DNA of 64,000 nt, taken from NCBI GenBank assembly GCA_951406725.2, contig OX597836.1:14074001-14138000 (forward strand), given 5' to 3'. Under the pieces are notes generated by a model. The model saw only the letters and a program-made list of their open reading frames with translations, was not told the DNA's origin and did not search any database. Source of the DNA: Octopus vulgaris (Eukaryota). How positions within the stretch are numbered: the first letter of the stretch is position 1; the number at the start of each line of letters is the position of its first letter. Below, piece by piece: positions 40,234 to 53,789 of this stretch. The translations under genes were made by a program, and so were the position numbers.

Positions 40234-40647
40234 CTCTTTTTTACTCTTTTACTTGTTTCAGTCATTTGACTGCGGCCATGCTGGAGCACCGCCTTTAGTC
40301 GAGCAAATTGACCCCGGGACTTATTCTTTGTAAGCCCAGTACTTATTCTATCGGTCTCTTTTTGCCGAACCGCTAAGTGACGGGGACGTAAACACACCAG
40401 CATCGGTAGTCAAGCAATGCTAGGGGGACAAACACACACACACACAAACACACACACATACACACACACATATATATATATACATATATACGACAGGCTT
40501 CTTTCAGTTTCCGTCTATCAAATCCACTCACAAGGCTTTGGTCGGCCCGGGGTTATAGCAGAAGACACTTGCCCAAGATGCCACGCAGTGGGACTGAACC
40601 CGGAACCATGTGGTTGGTAAGCAAGCTACTTACCACACAGCCACTCC

Positions 40648-40648
<1 letters not shown>
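40234..40648 (-). mobile_element. SINE family 1
   Basis: Family 1 homology. Confidence 0.85.
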
Positions 40649-40683
<35 letters not shown>

Positions 40684-41063
40684 TACATATATATATGTGT
40701 GTGTGTGTATATATATTGTTCTGATCTAAATTTACAGTAGATACTTTTGTGGCATTTAATTTCATTCCTTCACGTTCCTGGTTCAAATTCCACAAGTTTG
40801 GCCTTACCTTTCACCCTCTAAACTCCACATCGAAGATAATTCATATCAGTCTACAATTACAGTTAGCATACATAACTCACCTCTTCTATGCAGCCTCAGC
40901 CTTTTACCTACTATTTGAAATAATATGTTTCTGTAAGGAGGGTTGTGGACATTTTAATTATTGCGCAGAAAAAGATATTTTGCAGTCATACTGAGAGAGG
41001 GGGAGTACGGAGGAAAAAAAAGGTGATGAAAGAGAGATATAGAAAGAGAGAGATAAGAAGAGA

Positions 41064-41109
<46 letters not shown>

Positions 41110-41173
41110 TAGTCAGGCAGACAGAAAGAGAAAACTGGGGAGAGAGAGAGAAGAAAAAAGAAGACAGGAAAGA

Positions 41174-41245
<72 letters not shown>

Positions 41246-41314
41246 GAGACAGACAGACAGACAGAGGAGAGACAGAAAGAGAAAGAAAGAGGGGAGAGAA
41301 GAAAACGGAAAAAG

Positions 41315-41356
<42 letters not shown>

Positions 41357-42550
41357 TACAAAGAGAGAGGAGGGACAGGCAGACAGACAGAGGAAGAGTG
41401 AGAGAGTGAGATAGACATAAGATAGGGAGAAAAAGAAAGAGAGAAGAAATAAGAAATGGAAAGAGAGATACAAAGAGGAAGAGACACAGAGGAGTGAGAT
41501 AGAAAGAGAAAGGATATGTGTGTGAGAGAGAGAGAGAGAGAAAAAGAGAAAGGATGTGTGTGTGTGAGAGAGAGAGAGAGAAAGAAAGAGAAAGGGTGTG
41601 TGTGTGAGAGAGAGACAAGCTGAAAGAGAGAATATTTAATGAGGAACAGTTGAGAGATTTTGTGTGGTCTAAGCACTAGAGTCAGGCCACTTTCCACGGT
41701 GCCCACCAGCACCACCGCCTGCCCTCCCCAGCCCTCAGCGAGCATCATTAACCTACACTTAAAAAAGGAAGCTAGTCATAGGGTCAGTGGAAGTGAAATG
41801 GTGTGGCAGGCAAACCAAAAACCAAAAAACAAAAAAAAAAAAAGGAAAAAAAAACCCTACAGACCTCACTGACCAGAACAAACTCATTGAAGTCTTTTGT
41901 TCTAAACTTGAATTAGAATTCTTTGTTAAGACTGTAGGCATTTTCTAGGCCAAGCACTGCCTTATGAAATATGAAATATGAAATATGATGTCGCCAACAT
42001 TAGACTACAAGGCCATGTAATCTGGTGGAGAATGGTAAGGAAGAAGCTTCTTTGTGAAGACTCAACTTGCTAGAAATAGCAGCCAAATCTCACTTGTATC
42101 ACACCTGACTGCAGAGGTTGCCTACACAGGGTTAATAAACCTTCTCTTATTGTTCCCCAAAATTCCTCAAAAATTGGCAAGTAGAAAGACCATGAGCTTT
42201 GTTCAAGTGTCTTTCATTATAGCGAGTCGAGTCGGCAAAAGATACTGGGGGGAAATGACCACTACACTTGAAAGTCAGTCCTGGGGTCAATATTATAGGC
42301 CAAACCCTTTAAGGTGCAGCTCAATGACTGAGACAAGTCAAAAATACAACAGGATATAAGGCCATCATTCAATAATATATTTGGGTAAATGGTGAGGAAG
42401 AAATTTCTTTGTGATTACTCAACTTGCTAGAAATACCAGCCAAATTCTTCACATATCACACCCTACTGCAGCAGTTGAGAGACCATGGGCTCTGTTCAAG
42501 TGTCCTTTACTATAGCTATTCAGCAAAAGATACTGTGAAGATAAATACCT

Positions 42551-42790
42551 ATTTCTATTTCTTTACTTCCCACAAGGGGCTAAACACAGAGGGGACAAAC
42601 AAGGACAGACAAACGGATTAAATCGATTACATCGACCCCCAGTGCGTAACTGGTACTTAATTTATCGACCCCGAAAGGATGAAAGGCAAAGTTGACCTTA
42701 GCGGAATTTGAACTCAGAATGTAACGGCAGATGAAATACCGCTGAGCATTTCACCCAGAGTGCTAAAGTTTCTGCCAGCTCACCGCCTTC
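42551..42790 (-). mobile_element. SINE family 2 directly downstream of the tRNA-Glu fragment
   Basis: Family 2 homology. Confidence 0.85.
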
Positions 42791-42807
42791 AAAAAACAGT
42801 AATGCTG

Positions 42808-42870
42808 TTCCAATGCCGGGAATCGAACTCAGGTCGCCTGGGTGAAAGCCAGGAATCCTAACCACTAGAC
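42808..42870 (-). pseudogene. 5'-truncated tRNA-Glu(TTC) pseudogene
   Basis: GTCTAGTGGTTAGGATT-CCTGG-CTTTCAC-CCAGG-CGACCTGAGTTCGATTCCCGGCATTGGAA. It has the D-loop, an intact anticodon arm with TTC and the T-loop. The 5' acceptor strand is missing and the T-stem is mismatched. Confidence 0.8.
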
Positions 42871-43316
42871 AGGTAGATAAATACTGGAGTTGATTTAATT
42901 GGCCAAACCCTTCGAGATGATATTGCATCATGGCCACAGTCCAAGATATAAAAGATACAACATAGGATACAAAGCCATATAAGATATACGTGGTGGAGAA
43001 GGGTAAGGAAGAAGTTTGTTTCTTCTTGATTACTCAACTTGCTAGAAATAGAAGTCAAATTTCTCATGTAACACACCCTACGCTGGCAAACTGGAGAGAC
43101 CATGAGCTCTGTTCAAGGAGGCAAGTGGGGGGGGGAATCAATGCCCTGTGAGTAAATTATTTGTTAGATGGGAACTCTGTGTGTGTGTGTGTGTGTGTGT
43201 GTGAAAAAGAGAGGGGAGGGGAGAGAGAGAGAGAGAATGTGTGTCCCACCACAGTTTGACAATCAACTGGTAACTTAGAGGTTTGGCAACCATTCTGTAA
43301 CTTAGATGGGGAACTC

Positions 43317-43378
<62 letters not shown>

Positions 43379-44192
43379 TGAGTGTGCATGTGCACATGTG
43401 TGTCCCCTGCTACAGCTTGACAACCAGCCTGCAACTTAGAGGTCTGGCAAAAATAAGTACTGGGAGTACTTGATTTATTTGACTAAACCGTTCAACACAG
43501 TGCCCCAGCATGGCCACAGTCTGAGATAACAATAAGATACAAGGCCATCAAATATATGGTGGAAAATGGAAATAAGGAAGGTGCTTCATAATTGATTAAC
43601 ATGCTAGAAATAGCCAAACCTCCCTCATATCACACCCTACTGCAGCAGTTGCAAACGAGGGGTCAGCAGATCACTGGTGTTCCTAAAATTCCCTAAAACT
43701 TGTAATCAGAGAGATGATAAGCTATACTCTTTTACTTGTTTCAGTCATTTGACTATGGCCATGCTGGAGCACCACCTTCAGTCAAACAAAGCGACCTCAG
43801 GACTTATTCTTTGGATGCCTAGTACGTATTCTATCAATCTCTTTTGCCGAATCGCTAAGTTACGGGGACATAAACACACCAGCATCGGTTGTCAAGCGAT
43901 GTTGTGGGGGACCAACACAGACACAAACATACACACACAAACACAAACATATACACACACACATATATATACACATATACGACGGGCTTCTTTCAGTTTC
44001 CGTCTACCAGATCCACTCACAAGACTTTCATAATAACTGAGTTAATTTTAATTATTCAGTAACATAATAGCTGCAGGCATGGTTAAGAAACTTGCTTAGT
44101 AACCAGTTTTAGGTTCAATCCCACAGTGCAACACCTTGTGAGTGGATCTGGTAGACAGAAACCAAAAGAAGTCCAGTATGTATGTGCTTGAG

Positions 44193-44232
<40 letters not shown>

Positions 44233-45326
44233 AATAAACAATAATTATAACAATATAGAAAATGGAAACTTGTTCAGCCTCGAGATTTATTTCCTCGTAT
44301 TTTATAATTTCAAACGGCATATTTTTATGGCCTACACGTGTTTTCACTGCACAAAATACATGGACAGGCAACCAGGAATGATTTTCAGTGCATCATCAGG
44401 GTTATCCACTTGGCTAGTTTCAAAGTATACATATATACATACACACACAAGCATACACGTATATATATATATATTGGCCTGCTCGCTTAGCCAGCAGGGT
44501 GGCATCATTTGAAGGCTAAAACAATGCAAAGCGCATTGTGACCAGCGATGTGCTGCAACATCTGATAGCCTGGTCAGTCACGGTGATATACATATATACA
44601 TACATATACACACATATATGTATACACATATATATATACACACGCATATACACATATATATACACACACACATATACACATATATATACACACACACATA
44701 TATATACACACACACATATATATACACACACACATATATATACACACACATATATATATATATACACACACATATACACATACACACACACATATATATA
44801 TATATACACACACACATACACATACACACACATACATATATATATACACATATATATATATACACACATACACACACATCATACCACAACCGTCAATAAC
44901 TTTATAATGGTATTTGGGAATTTTAGCAACTTGAGTCACACGTGATTCAGAACATACATACATACATACATGTATATATAATATATACACTCACACAAAC
45001 ACACACACACAGAATAAGAGTATAGAAATGAAGTTTCTCAAAGTTTCTGCACTACTGAGGATGGGCGAGAAGTGGGGTGAGGGGGTGGGGCTTAAGTGTG
45101 TAAACTACCGGAATATATATATATATACATGTATTTAAATATATATCCACTCATCTCTTCCATCGTCATCACCACTACTAAACAAGTACCGACATCAACA
45201 CCAATACCACTACGGTAGTTGCTAATAACTCCAGAGGTTCAGCTTCAATTTCTTACCGCATACTACAAGAGAGAGAGAGGTGCAATGAGGAAGAGAGAGA
45301 GAGGCACAAAGAGAAAGAAAGAGGCA

Positions 45327-45385
<59 letters not shown>

Positions 45386-45585
45386 GAATAAATAGATAAA
45401 ATAGGGCAACTAAGTAATTTCAACACTTGAAATATGAATATATTAAACTACTGAAAGTGTGTTTTTTGTTTTCTCCACCCACTCCCCAACCTATAACTTC
45501 CTGTGTCCATATCGGCTTCGAATTTTTGCACAAGGCCTGCAATTTAGGGGAAGGGAGCTAGTTAATTACATCAACCCCTGTGACC

Positions 45586-45848
45586 TGACTTGACTTGAGA
45601 CAGCATTCACCCGGGGTGGGTTGAGCTGGCTTCATTCATCCTCAATGCTGCATCTCTTACAAACGCCGACCAGGCCTGGCAATTTGAGGCTAACGACCGC
45701 ATGATCTCCAACCACTCCTTATTCCAGTGGCGAACGCCGTAGATATGGGGGCCTAGGTTGGGTTCCAGATCAGCCTTGACTGTCATCAGCCAGGTTTTTC
45801 GTTGTCCACCACATCGCTTTTGCCAACCCTGAAGGGGAGCTGGGGCAA
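45586..45848 (-). mobile_element. RTE-clade LINE 3' fragment inserted in a SINE
   Basis: GWQKRCGGQRKTWLMTVKADL...YGVRHWNKEWL...AWSAFVRDA...STHPG* followed by a (CAAGT)n-like tail. Confidence 0.75.
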
Positions 45849-46332
45849 TTGATTCAACCCCAGTACACAAATGGTACTTATTTTATCAACCTTGAGGGGA
45901 TGAAAGGCAGTTGGCCTCAGTGGAATTTGAACTAAGAACAGATGAAGACAGATGAAATGCCACTAAGCATTTTGCCTGGGTCAGTAATGGTTTCGCCAGC
46001 TCACCGCCGGACAACAACAATAATAACAAGAGCACTGAAAGAGCACAAACTTCTGCCAAGGCAACACCAATGTCCTCTCAATGATTACCCGGAGATGATT
46101 TTTAAAATGAGAATGTCTGAAATAAACTCGACTGCTCTAACAAATGAGAATACTAAAAATGAACCCGACTGCTTGCAAAAATTTAAAAAATAGGAAAAAT
46201 AATCCAGAATCCTTGTCTGGTACCATCGATGTCAAAATCTAATCAGCTCGTGCCAGTCCTGAGGCCAAACATCCCTGAAAGTTTCATCCGAATCTATCCA
46301 GCGGTTCTTGAGATGTCTTGTCCACGGACGGA

Positions 46333-46745
46333 CAAACAAACACATCTGTGACTGTTTTGGCAGGATTTTTACAGCTAGATACCCTTCCTAACACCAACCA
46401 CTTAGCAGAGTGGACTTAGTGCTGTTTAAGTGGCACGTCCACAGGTGAGGTCAGTTTTGGCAAGGCTTTTACAGCTGGGTGCCCTTCCTAACACCAACCA
46501 CTTAGCAGAGTGGACTTAGTGCTGTTTTAGTGGCACGTGCACAGGTGAGGTCAGTTTTGGCAAGGTTTTTACAGTTGGATGCCCTTCCTAACACCAACCA
46601 CTTAGCAGAGTGGACTTAGTGCTGTTTAAGTGGCACATCCACAGGTGAGGTCAGTTTTGGCAAGGTTTTTACAGTCGGATGCCCTTCCGAACACCAACTG
46701 CTTTACAGCATGGACTGGGTGCTTTTAAGTGGCACCTGCACTGAC
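46333..46745. repeat. About 104-bp tandem repeat x 4 derived from a family 3-like SINE segment
   Basis: The unit cagttttggcaagg...cccttcctaacaccaaccacttagcagagtggacttagtgctg...gtgaggt recurs. Confidence 0.85.
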
Positions 46746-46914
46746 AGGGTCACTAAACACCTGCAAGACAAAAACTTTTAAGAGGGGAGGAAGCACTGAA
46801 GGAGGTGATGATGAAAAGGTTATAGTGAGACAGATAGAGGTACAGGTGTCTTGTTGTGAATAAATAAGCATTACATTTGACAGAGTAATCTGAATGCTGT
46901 AGGGTTAAACAATA

Positions 46915-47297
46915 GGTGCAAGCATGGTTGTGTGATAAGAAGTTTTCTTCCTGACCACAAGGATCTGGGTTCAGTCCCACTACATGGCACCTTGGATATC
47001 TTCTACTTATAGCCTCAAGCTGACCAAAGCTTTGTGAGTGGATTTGGTATATGGAAACTGAAAGAAACCTATCATATATATCTAAGTGTATATGTCTCTG
47101 TGTCTGTCCCCCCACCACAAACTGACAACTGGTGTCGGTGTGTTTATGTTCCTGTGACTTTGTGGTTTGATAAAAGAGACTGACAGAATAAGTACACAAG
47201 GCTTTAAAAAATAAGTGCTGGAGTTGATTCATGCAACTAGAAATTCTTCAAGGCAGTGCCCCAGCATGGCCAGAGTCTAATGACTGAAACAAGTAGA
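46915..47297 (+). mobile_element. SINE family 1, diverged
   Basis: Family 1 homology. Confidence 0.75.
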
Positions 47298-47366
47298 AGG
47301 TAACATCCAAACCCCCTTTGACCCAGATTTAATGGTCTCAAAATGGGAAGAATGCAATGGATAGTC

Positions 47367-47772
47367 TTTGATGCATAAAGCCAGCAAAAAAAAATTTTTT
47401 TTTAAAAAAAAAAAAAAAAAAAAAGGTGGAATGGTCACGACTGGAATGCCTTTGATCAGCAATCTGCTCACTGAGGACCAACCTAGGACTAAACAACATA
47501 GAAAACTTTGATGCATAAAGCCAGCAAAAAAAAAAATTTTTTTAAATAAAAAAAAAGGTGGAATGGTCACGACTGGAATGCCTTTCATCATCAGTCTGCT
47601 CACTGAGGACCAACCTAGGACTAAACAACATAGAAAACTTTGATGCATAAAGCCAGCAAAAAAATTTTTTTTTTAATAAAAAAAAAAAAAGGTGGAATGG
47701 TCACGACTGGAATGCCTTTGATCAGCAATCTGCTCACTGAGGACCAACCTAGGACTAAACAACATAGAAAAC
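47367..47772. repeat. About 130-140-bp tandem triplication
   Basis: tttgatgcataaagccagc...ggactaaacaacatagaaaac occurs three times, differing mainly in A/T run length. Confidence 0.92.
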
Positions 47773-48249
47773 TGTATCAGTGTAAAAGTCACACAAGTAA
47801 CCAGTTTAGTATCTGCTTCCGTCATCTTTTAACAGGATCAACATTTTCTGATGCTTCAATGAGGTTTAATATTTAAACCACTCAGCTATTTCACTGCTGC
47901 AGTTGCAGCTTGCGTCTATACTTTCATCCAAGACATACCGGCACTTCAGTGAAGTACTGAACCATTTACTAAATGTGATACGCAGCGAAATTCTTCAATA
48001 ACTATCAGACCGTGACAACACGTTTGATTTACTTCCATGACATCAGGACAAAATATTTCATAATTCTACCTAAAATTAATTCAGCACAAAAATATACAAG
48101 ACGAGAAAGTAATATTTTGAATGCAAAATAGTCGCGAAAACAGCAGAAAGACTTGGGTACTATACCCTTAAATGAAAGAAAAATTTGTATATGTATGACA
48201 CGATATACAGTCGATGTGTCCAAAAACAAAACAAAAAGTTTGTTGAAAT

Positions 48250-48365
48250 AGTTCCGGATTCAGTCCCACTGCATGACACCTTGGGCAAGTGTTGTCTACT
48301 ATAGCCTCGGGCCAACCAAAACCTTGTGAGTGGATTTGGTAGACGGAAACTGGAAGAAGCCCATC

Positions 48366-48399
<34 letters not shown>

Positions 48400-48594
48400 T
48401 TGTCCCTGCAACATCACTTGACAACCGATGCTGGTGTGTTTATGTCTCCGTAACTTAGCAGTTTGGCAAAAGAGACCGATACAATAAGTACTAGGCTTAC
48501 AAAGAATAAGTCCTGGGGTCGATTTGCTTGACAAAAGGCGGTGCTCCAGCATGACCACAGTCAAAATGACTGAAACAAATAAAAGAATAAAAGA
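48250..48594 (+). mobile_element. SINE family 1, 5'-truncated
   Basis: Family 1 homology. Confidence 0.8.
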
Positions 48595-49389
48595 ATGTGT
48601 TGTTGCTATAAAGTTTTTTCTTTTTTCTCATATTTCTTATTTTGTTAATGATTGTATTTAATTAGAGCAAGACGAAGCAAGAAGCTCCCGGTGAAGCCTG
48701 TTCTACAATTCAAATATCAATCCATAGTTTGAAATGATTTCATTTCCCTTCCACTGCTGCTGTCCTCAGGATGGTGCTCAGCTCTGGTAACCGTCGGCAT
48801 GTCAAGTAGACAAATCAGAGGATACAGTTAGGATGTTGGTCTATTACAGGAAGTACTCAAAACCGATGAATCACTTATCAATTCTCAGTGCTTCACCAGA
48901 TACACACGACACATCACCAGTGACGGACTACAAAATGTTCACTTCACACTCGGAGGTGGCTACTGTTTAACCCTAGGTCAACTCTTACTGAGCAGATCTA
49001 TGACCAAAGGTTTTCAAGCTGAGATCGTTCTGGCTTTTTGTAACTCTAGAACAGGCACAGCTGTGTGGTTAAGAAGTTTACTTCCCAACCATGTGGCTTT
49101 GGGTTCAGTCCCATTGCATGGTACCTCAGGCAAGTGTCTTCAACTACTTGATGACAACCTGTACATATATTCTAGTACTTGTTTCAATCGTTTGACTGCA
49201 GCCATGCTGGAGCACCACTACCTTACAGGGGTTTTAGTCATAGAAACCAACCCAAGTACTTATTCTATCAGTTCCTTTTGCTGAACCACTAAGTTACAGG
49301 GACATAAACACACCAGCATCGGCTGTCAAGCAATGATTGGGCGACTAAAACAGATGCAAAAACACACATAAATATATATATGAGAGGCT

Positions 49390-49790
49390 TACTCTTTTAC
49401 TTGTTTCAGTCATTTGACTGTGGCCATGCTGGAGCACTGCCTTTAGTCGAGCAAATCGACCCCAGGACTTATTCTTCGTAAGCCTAGTGCTTATTCTATC
49501 AGTCTCTTTTGCCGAACCGCTAAGTTATGGGGACGTAAACATACCAACATCGGTTGTCAAGCGATGTTGGGAGGACAAACAGACACACAAACACATACAC
49601 ACACATACATATATATACATATATACGACAGGCTTCTTTCAGTTTCCATCTACCAAATCCACTCACAAGGCTTTGGTCGGCCCGAGGCTATAGTAGAAGA
49701 CACTTGCCCAAGGTGCCACGTAGTGGAACTGAACCCTGAACCATGTGGTCGGTAAGCAAGCTACTTACCACACAGCCACTCCTACGCCTA
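49390..49790 (-). mobile_element. SINE family 1 nested in an older family 1 copy
   Basis: Family 1 homology. The older copy continues at about 49175-49390 and 49790-49910. Confidence 0.8.
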
Positions 49791-50186
49791 AAGGGTTTGG
49801 TTGTCCTAGGCTACAGTAGACACTTGCCCAAAGTGCCAGACAGTGGGACTGAACCTAGAATCATGTGGTAGGGAAGCGAACTTCTTACCACACAACCACA
49901 CCTGTGCCTACCTTTATATGTATATATATTTGTGCGTCTCCCTTGTCTTGGACATCACACAATGGTTGAAAATGAGCATCATCATCATCATCATCATCAT
50001 ATATGCAATGCTGTTCATTTCCAATGTTCCACAAAAACATGTCCAGCCATGGGTATACATCTTGCTTAGAAATAACAGTGGGCCAGCAAGAAAGAGAGCA
50101 GCTGGCCTTAATCTGCCTTAACAAAATCCATCAGACCAATGAGAATATATGATGATGATGATGATATATATATATATATATATATA

Positions 50187-50585
50187 TACTCTTTTACTTG
50201 TTTCAGTAATTTGACTGCGGCCATGCTGGAGCACCGCTTTTAGTCGAGCAAATCGACCCCGGGACTTATTCTTTTGTAGCCCAGCACTTATTCTATCGGT
50301 CTCTTTTGCCGAACCGCTAAGTGACGGGGACGTAAACACACCAGCATCGGTTGTCAAGCAATGCTAGGGGGACAAACACAGGCACACAAACATATACACA
50401 CACATATATATACATACATACAACAGGCTTCTTTCAGTTTCCGTCTACTAAATCCACTCACAAGGCATTGGTCAGCCCGGGGCTATAGCAGAAGACACTT
50501 GCCCAAGATGCCACGCAGTGGGACTGAACCCGGAACCATGTGGTTGGTTAGCAAGCTACTTACCACACAGCCACTCCTGCGCCTA
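50187..50585 (-). mobile_element. SINE family 1, full length
   Basis: Family 1 homology. Confidence 0.85.
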
Positions 50586-50592
50586 TAACATT

Positions 50593-50826
50593 AGGGCGGC
50601 GAACTGGCAGAAACGTTAGCACGCCGGGCGAAATGCGTAGCCGTATTTCGTCTGCTGTTACGTTCTGGGTTCAAATTCCGCTGAAGTCGACTTTGCCTTT
50701 CATCCTTTCGGGGTCGATAAATTAAGTACCAGTTACGCACTGGGGTCGATGTAATCGACTTAATCCGTTTGTCTGTTCTTGTTTGTCCCCTCTGTGTTTA
50801 GCCCCTTGTAGGTAGTAAAGAGATAG
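50593..50826 (+). mobile_element. SINE family 2
   Basis: Family 2 homology. Further copies lie at about 5322-5545, 10343-10583, 33861-34083, 37417-37633, 56571-56792 and 57219-57430. Confidence 0.85.
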
Positions 50827-51799
50827 ATATGTATATAACAGGCAGAAGTTGCACAAAGCCTTGAGAATGTGTGTGTGTGTGTGTGTGCATACAAATTGAC
50901 TTCTGCAGAAATTCCACTCAAGGTGTCTGTCAGTCCAAGACTATTGCTAAATATAGCATAGAGTAAATTTCATTAATTTCTATCACAACATCACCATAAC
51001 AGGCACTAACAAAGGACCCTCTACATGACAGCTTGAAGTGCTAGAAATAGCAGTGAAATCGCCTGCCAAATTATGCTCTAATCACTTCAAAAATTAAATT
51101 GATGGCATTTCATGAATTTCATTCACAATACACACCTACAAGAGACCTTCAACATGGCAGCTTGAAATGCTAAAAACAGCAATGAAATCTTCTTCAAATC
51201 ATGCCCTCATCATTTTAAAAATGAAGTACATGCCCCAGCATGCACCAAGGGCTCTCTACACGGTAGCTTCAAATGCTAGAAATAGCAGTGAAATCTTCCT
51301 CAAACCATGTCCTAATCATCTTAAAAATGAAGTACACATTTCATTAATCTGTGTCACAATATGCACCAACAAGAGACTCTACATGGCAGCTTAAAATGCT
51401 AGAAACAGCAGTGAAATCTTTCATTATGCTCTAATCATCAGAAATACAAGTTGGATGTCAGAGCCCTGAATTTACTTACTATGTATAAGAAGACAAAAAA
51501 AAAACATGATGGCCATGGCTGGAATGCCTTTGCTCAAAGGTCTGCTTGAATAGAACTGACCTGGGACCACTAACCAGCAACATATCTGTTACGATACAGT
51601 TTTATCAATAATACTTTAGGGAAAAGTATAAAAGATACTGCAGCATGAATGATGCATGTTAACCATTCAGAAACACACAGACTTAACTTCGCGTAGCCCT
51701 TGGTCATATCCAGCCTAAATATTTTACCTGTTTTACATCCAGACTGGCCAGAGCTGGCCTCTCATACCTATCCTACAATGTCAAATTACAAATAAACAT

Positions 51800-52645
51800 G
51801 CCGCTGACGCGTAAAAGGCACTCATGTCAGTGACACATGAAAGGCGGTCGTTCCAGTGACACGTAAAAGCCACCTGTGCCAGTGATAGGTAAAAGGCACC
51901 AGTGCCTGTGACAGGTAAAACACAACCATGTTGCATGCCAGTAACACATGGAAGGGACCTGTGCTGGTGACATGTAAGAGGCACCTGTGTCGGTGATGCG
52001 TGAAAAGCACCAGTGACATGTAAAACGCAACCATGCCATGGCCTAGTGACACATGAAAGGCACTTATACTGGTGACATGTGAGAGGCACCCATGCCAGTG
52101 ACACATAAAAGGCACCGGTGTTGGTGACATGTAAAACATAGCCATGTTGCATATCAGGAATACATGAAAGGCACCTACCTGTACTCGCAACATGAAGGGC
52201 ACCTGTGCCAGTGACACATGAAAGGCACCAGTGCTGGTGACACATGAAAAGCACCTGTGCCAGTGACATGTGAGAGGCACTCATACTGGTGACATGTGAA
52301 AGGCGCCCGTGCCAGTGACACATGGAAGGCACCCGTGCCAGCGACACATGGAAGGCACCCGTGCCTGTGACACATGGAAGGCACCCATGCCAGCAACACA
52401 TGGAAGGCACCCATGCCAGCGACACATGGAAGGCACCCGTGCCAGCGACACATGGAAGGCACCCGTGCCAGCGACACATGGAAGGCACCCGTGCCAGCGA
52501 CACATGGAAGACACCCGCGCCAGCAACACATGGAAGGCACCTGTGCCAGCGGCACATGGAAGGCACCTGTGCCAGCGGCACATGGAAGGCACCATGCCAG
52601 TGACACACAGAAGGCACCCGTGCCAGCGACACATGGAAGGCACCT
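51800..52645 (+). repeat. 26-bp minisatellite (GTGCCAGCGACACATGGAAGGCACCC) x about 30, grown from a SINE-internal motif
   Basis: Read directly. It runs into a family 3-like 3' end at 52646-52790. Confidence 0.9.
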
Positions 52646-53325
52646 GGTACACTCTGTAGAGTGGCTGACAATAAGAAGGGCATCCACTCATAGAATCCCA
52701 GCCAAAACTGACTGGAGCCTGATGTCAGTCAAACGATCAAACCCATACCAAGATGGAAAATGGACGTTAAATGACGACGACGATGATGATATAATCGAAA
52801 TCTCAAAGCTACGAGATAATGAATAAGGAATTCAAAATAATATGAATAAATAAGCTTAATATTTGACAAGAGTAATCTGAATGTTAAAGACTTAAGCATT
52901 TATTGTTTGTAATACAGTGTTAAAATTTTCGTTGCTCAGAAACAATCAGTGTTTAAGAGAAGTTAACAGTCTCTGCGGGTTTTTTGAATGACTGATACAT
53001 GTCCTCCATGCAATCATTTTATTTTCAACACATGATTTCGGATCAAATTACTTGCCTGGAAAGTACAGCTTCATAATTAAAAGATATTGTATATGTCATG
53101 AAAATATATACATTGAGAACATGAAGTTTTTTTGTTTTTTTTTCTAATCATAGAACTCAATGTAGATAAAACTATGAAAAAAACAGCAAGCAAATGATGA
53201 GCTAAAAAACCCTTTCGTGTTACATGCTATTTTGTATAGCATTACCTACTTCAAGTTCTTCAGTTAAAAAAAGATGATAAAAGTTATTGCTTTAAACCCA
53301 GTAATTGTGGAAATTTATGACTTAA

Positions 53326-53789
53326 CCCTTTCGTTACTGTATTTATTTTGAGATGCTCTGTGCTTCTTTCAATTACTTTAAATATAACAAAGAATTTAGT
53401 AAAATAACTTAGTTATCTTTAAGCTGGTGTTAGGAACATAAATTGTGACAAAGGTTTGGTGGAAGATTTTGATTCAAAATTTATGGAAACAAGACATTTG
53501 TATTCAGAGCCAGAGCTGGTTTCAGCTGGGTTGCTATCAAAAGGGTTAAAAATATCATGGTGACTTTAACCCTTACGTTACCTTATTTCTATTGAGATAC
53601 TCTGTGTTTCTTTCAATTACTTTAAATATAACAAAGAATTTAGTAAAATAACTTAATTATCATTCAGCTGGTGTTAGGAACATAAATTGTGACTAAGGTT
53701 TGGTGGAAGAATTTAATTCAAAACATATGAAAACAAGACATTCGTACTCAGAGCCAGAGCCGGTTTCAGCCGGGTTGGTAACGAAAGGG
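53326..53789. mobile_element. Two adjacent piggyBac-type MITEs, family B (53326-53545 and 53570-53789)
   Basis: Each copy is TTAA|CCCTT...AAGGG|TTAA, about 220 bp. They are in direct orientation and 24 bp apart. Confidence 0.8.

Noticed and set aside
47790-48960. Unique-looking segments (47790-48230, 48660-48960) as exons of another gene
   Set aside because: No sustained ORF or paired splice sites that I could identify.
51781-52826. 300-aa Cys/His-rich ORF, and a CRISPR-like look from partly palindromic repeats
   Set aside because: Contiguous 26-bp tandem units with no unique spacers, no cas genes and a eukaryotic context. ORFs occur in all frames.
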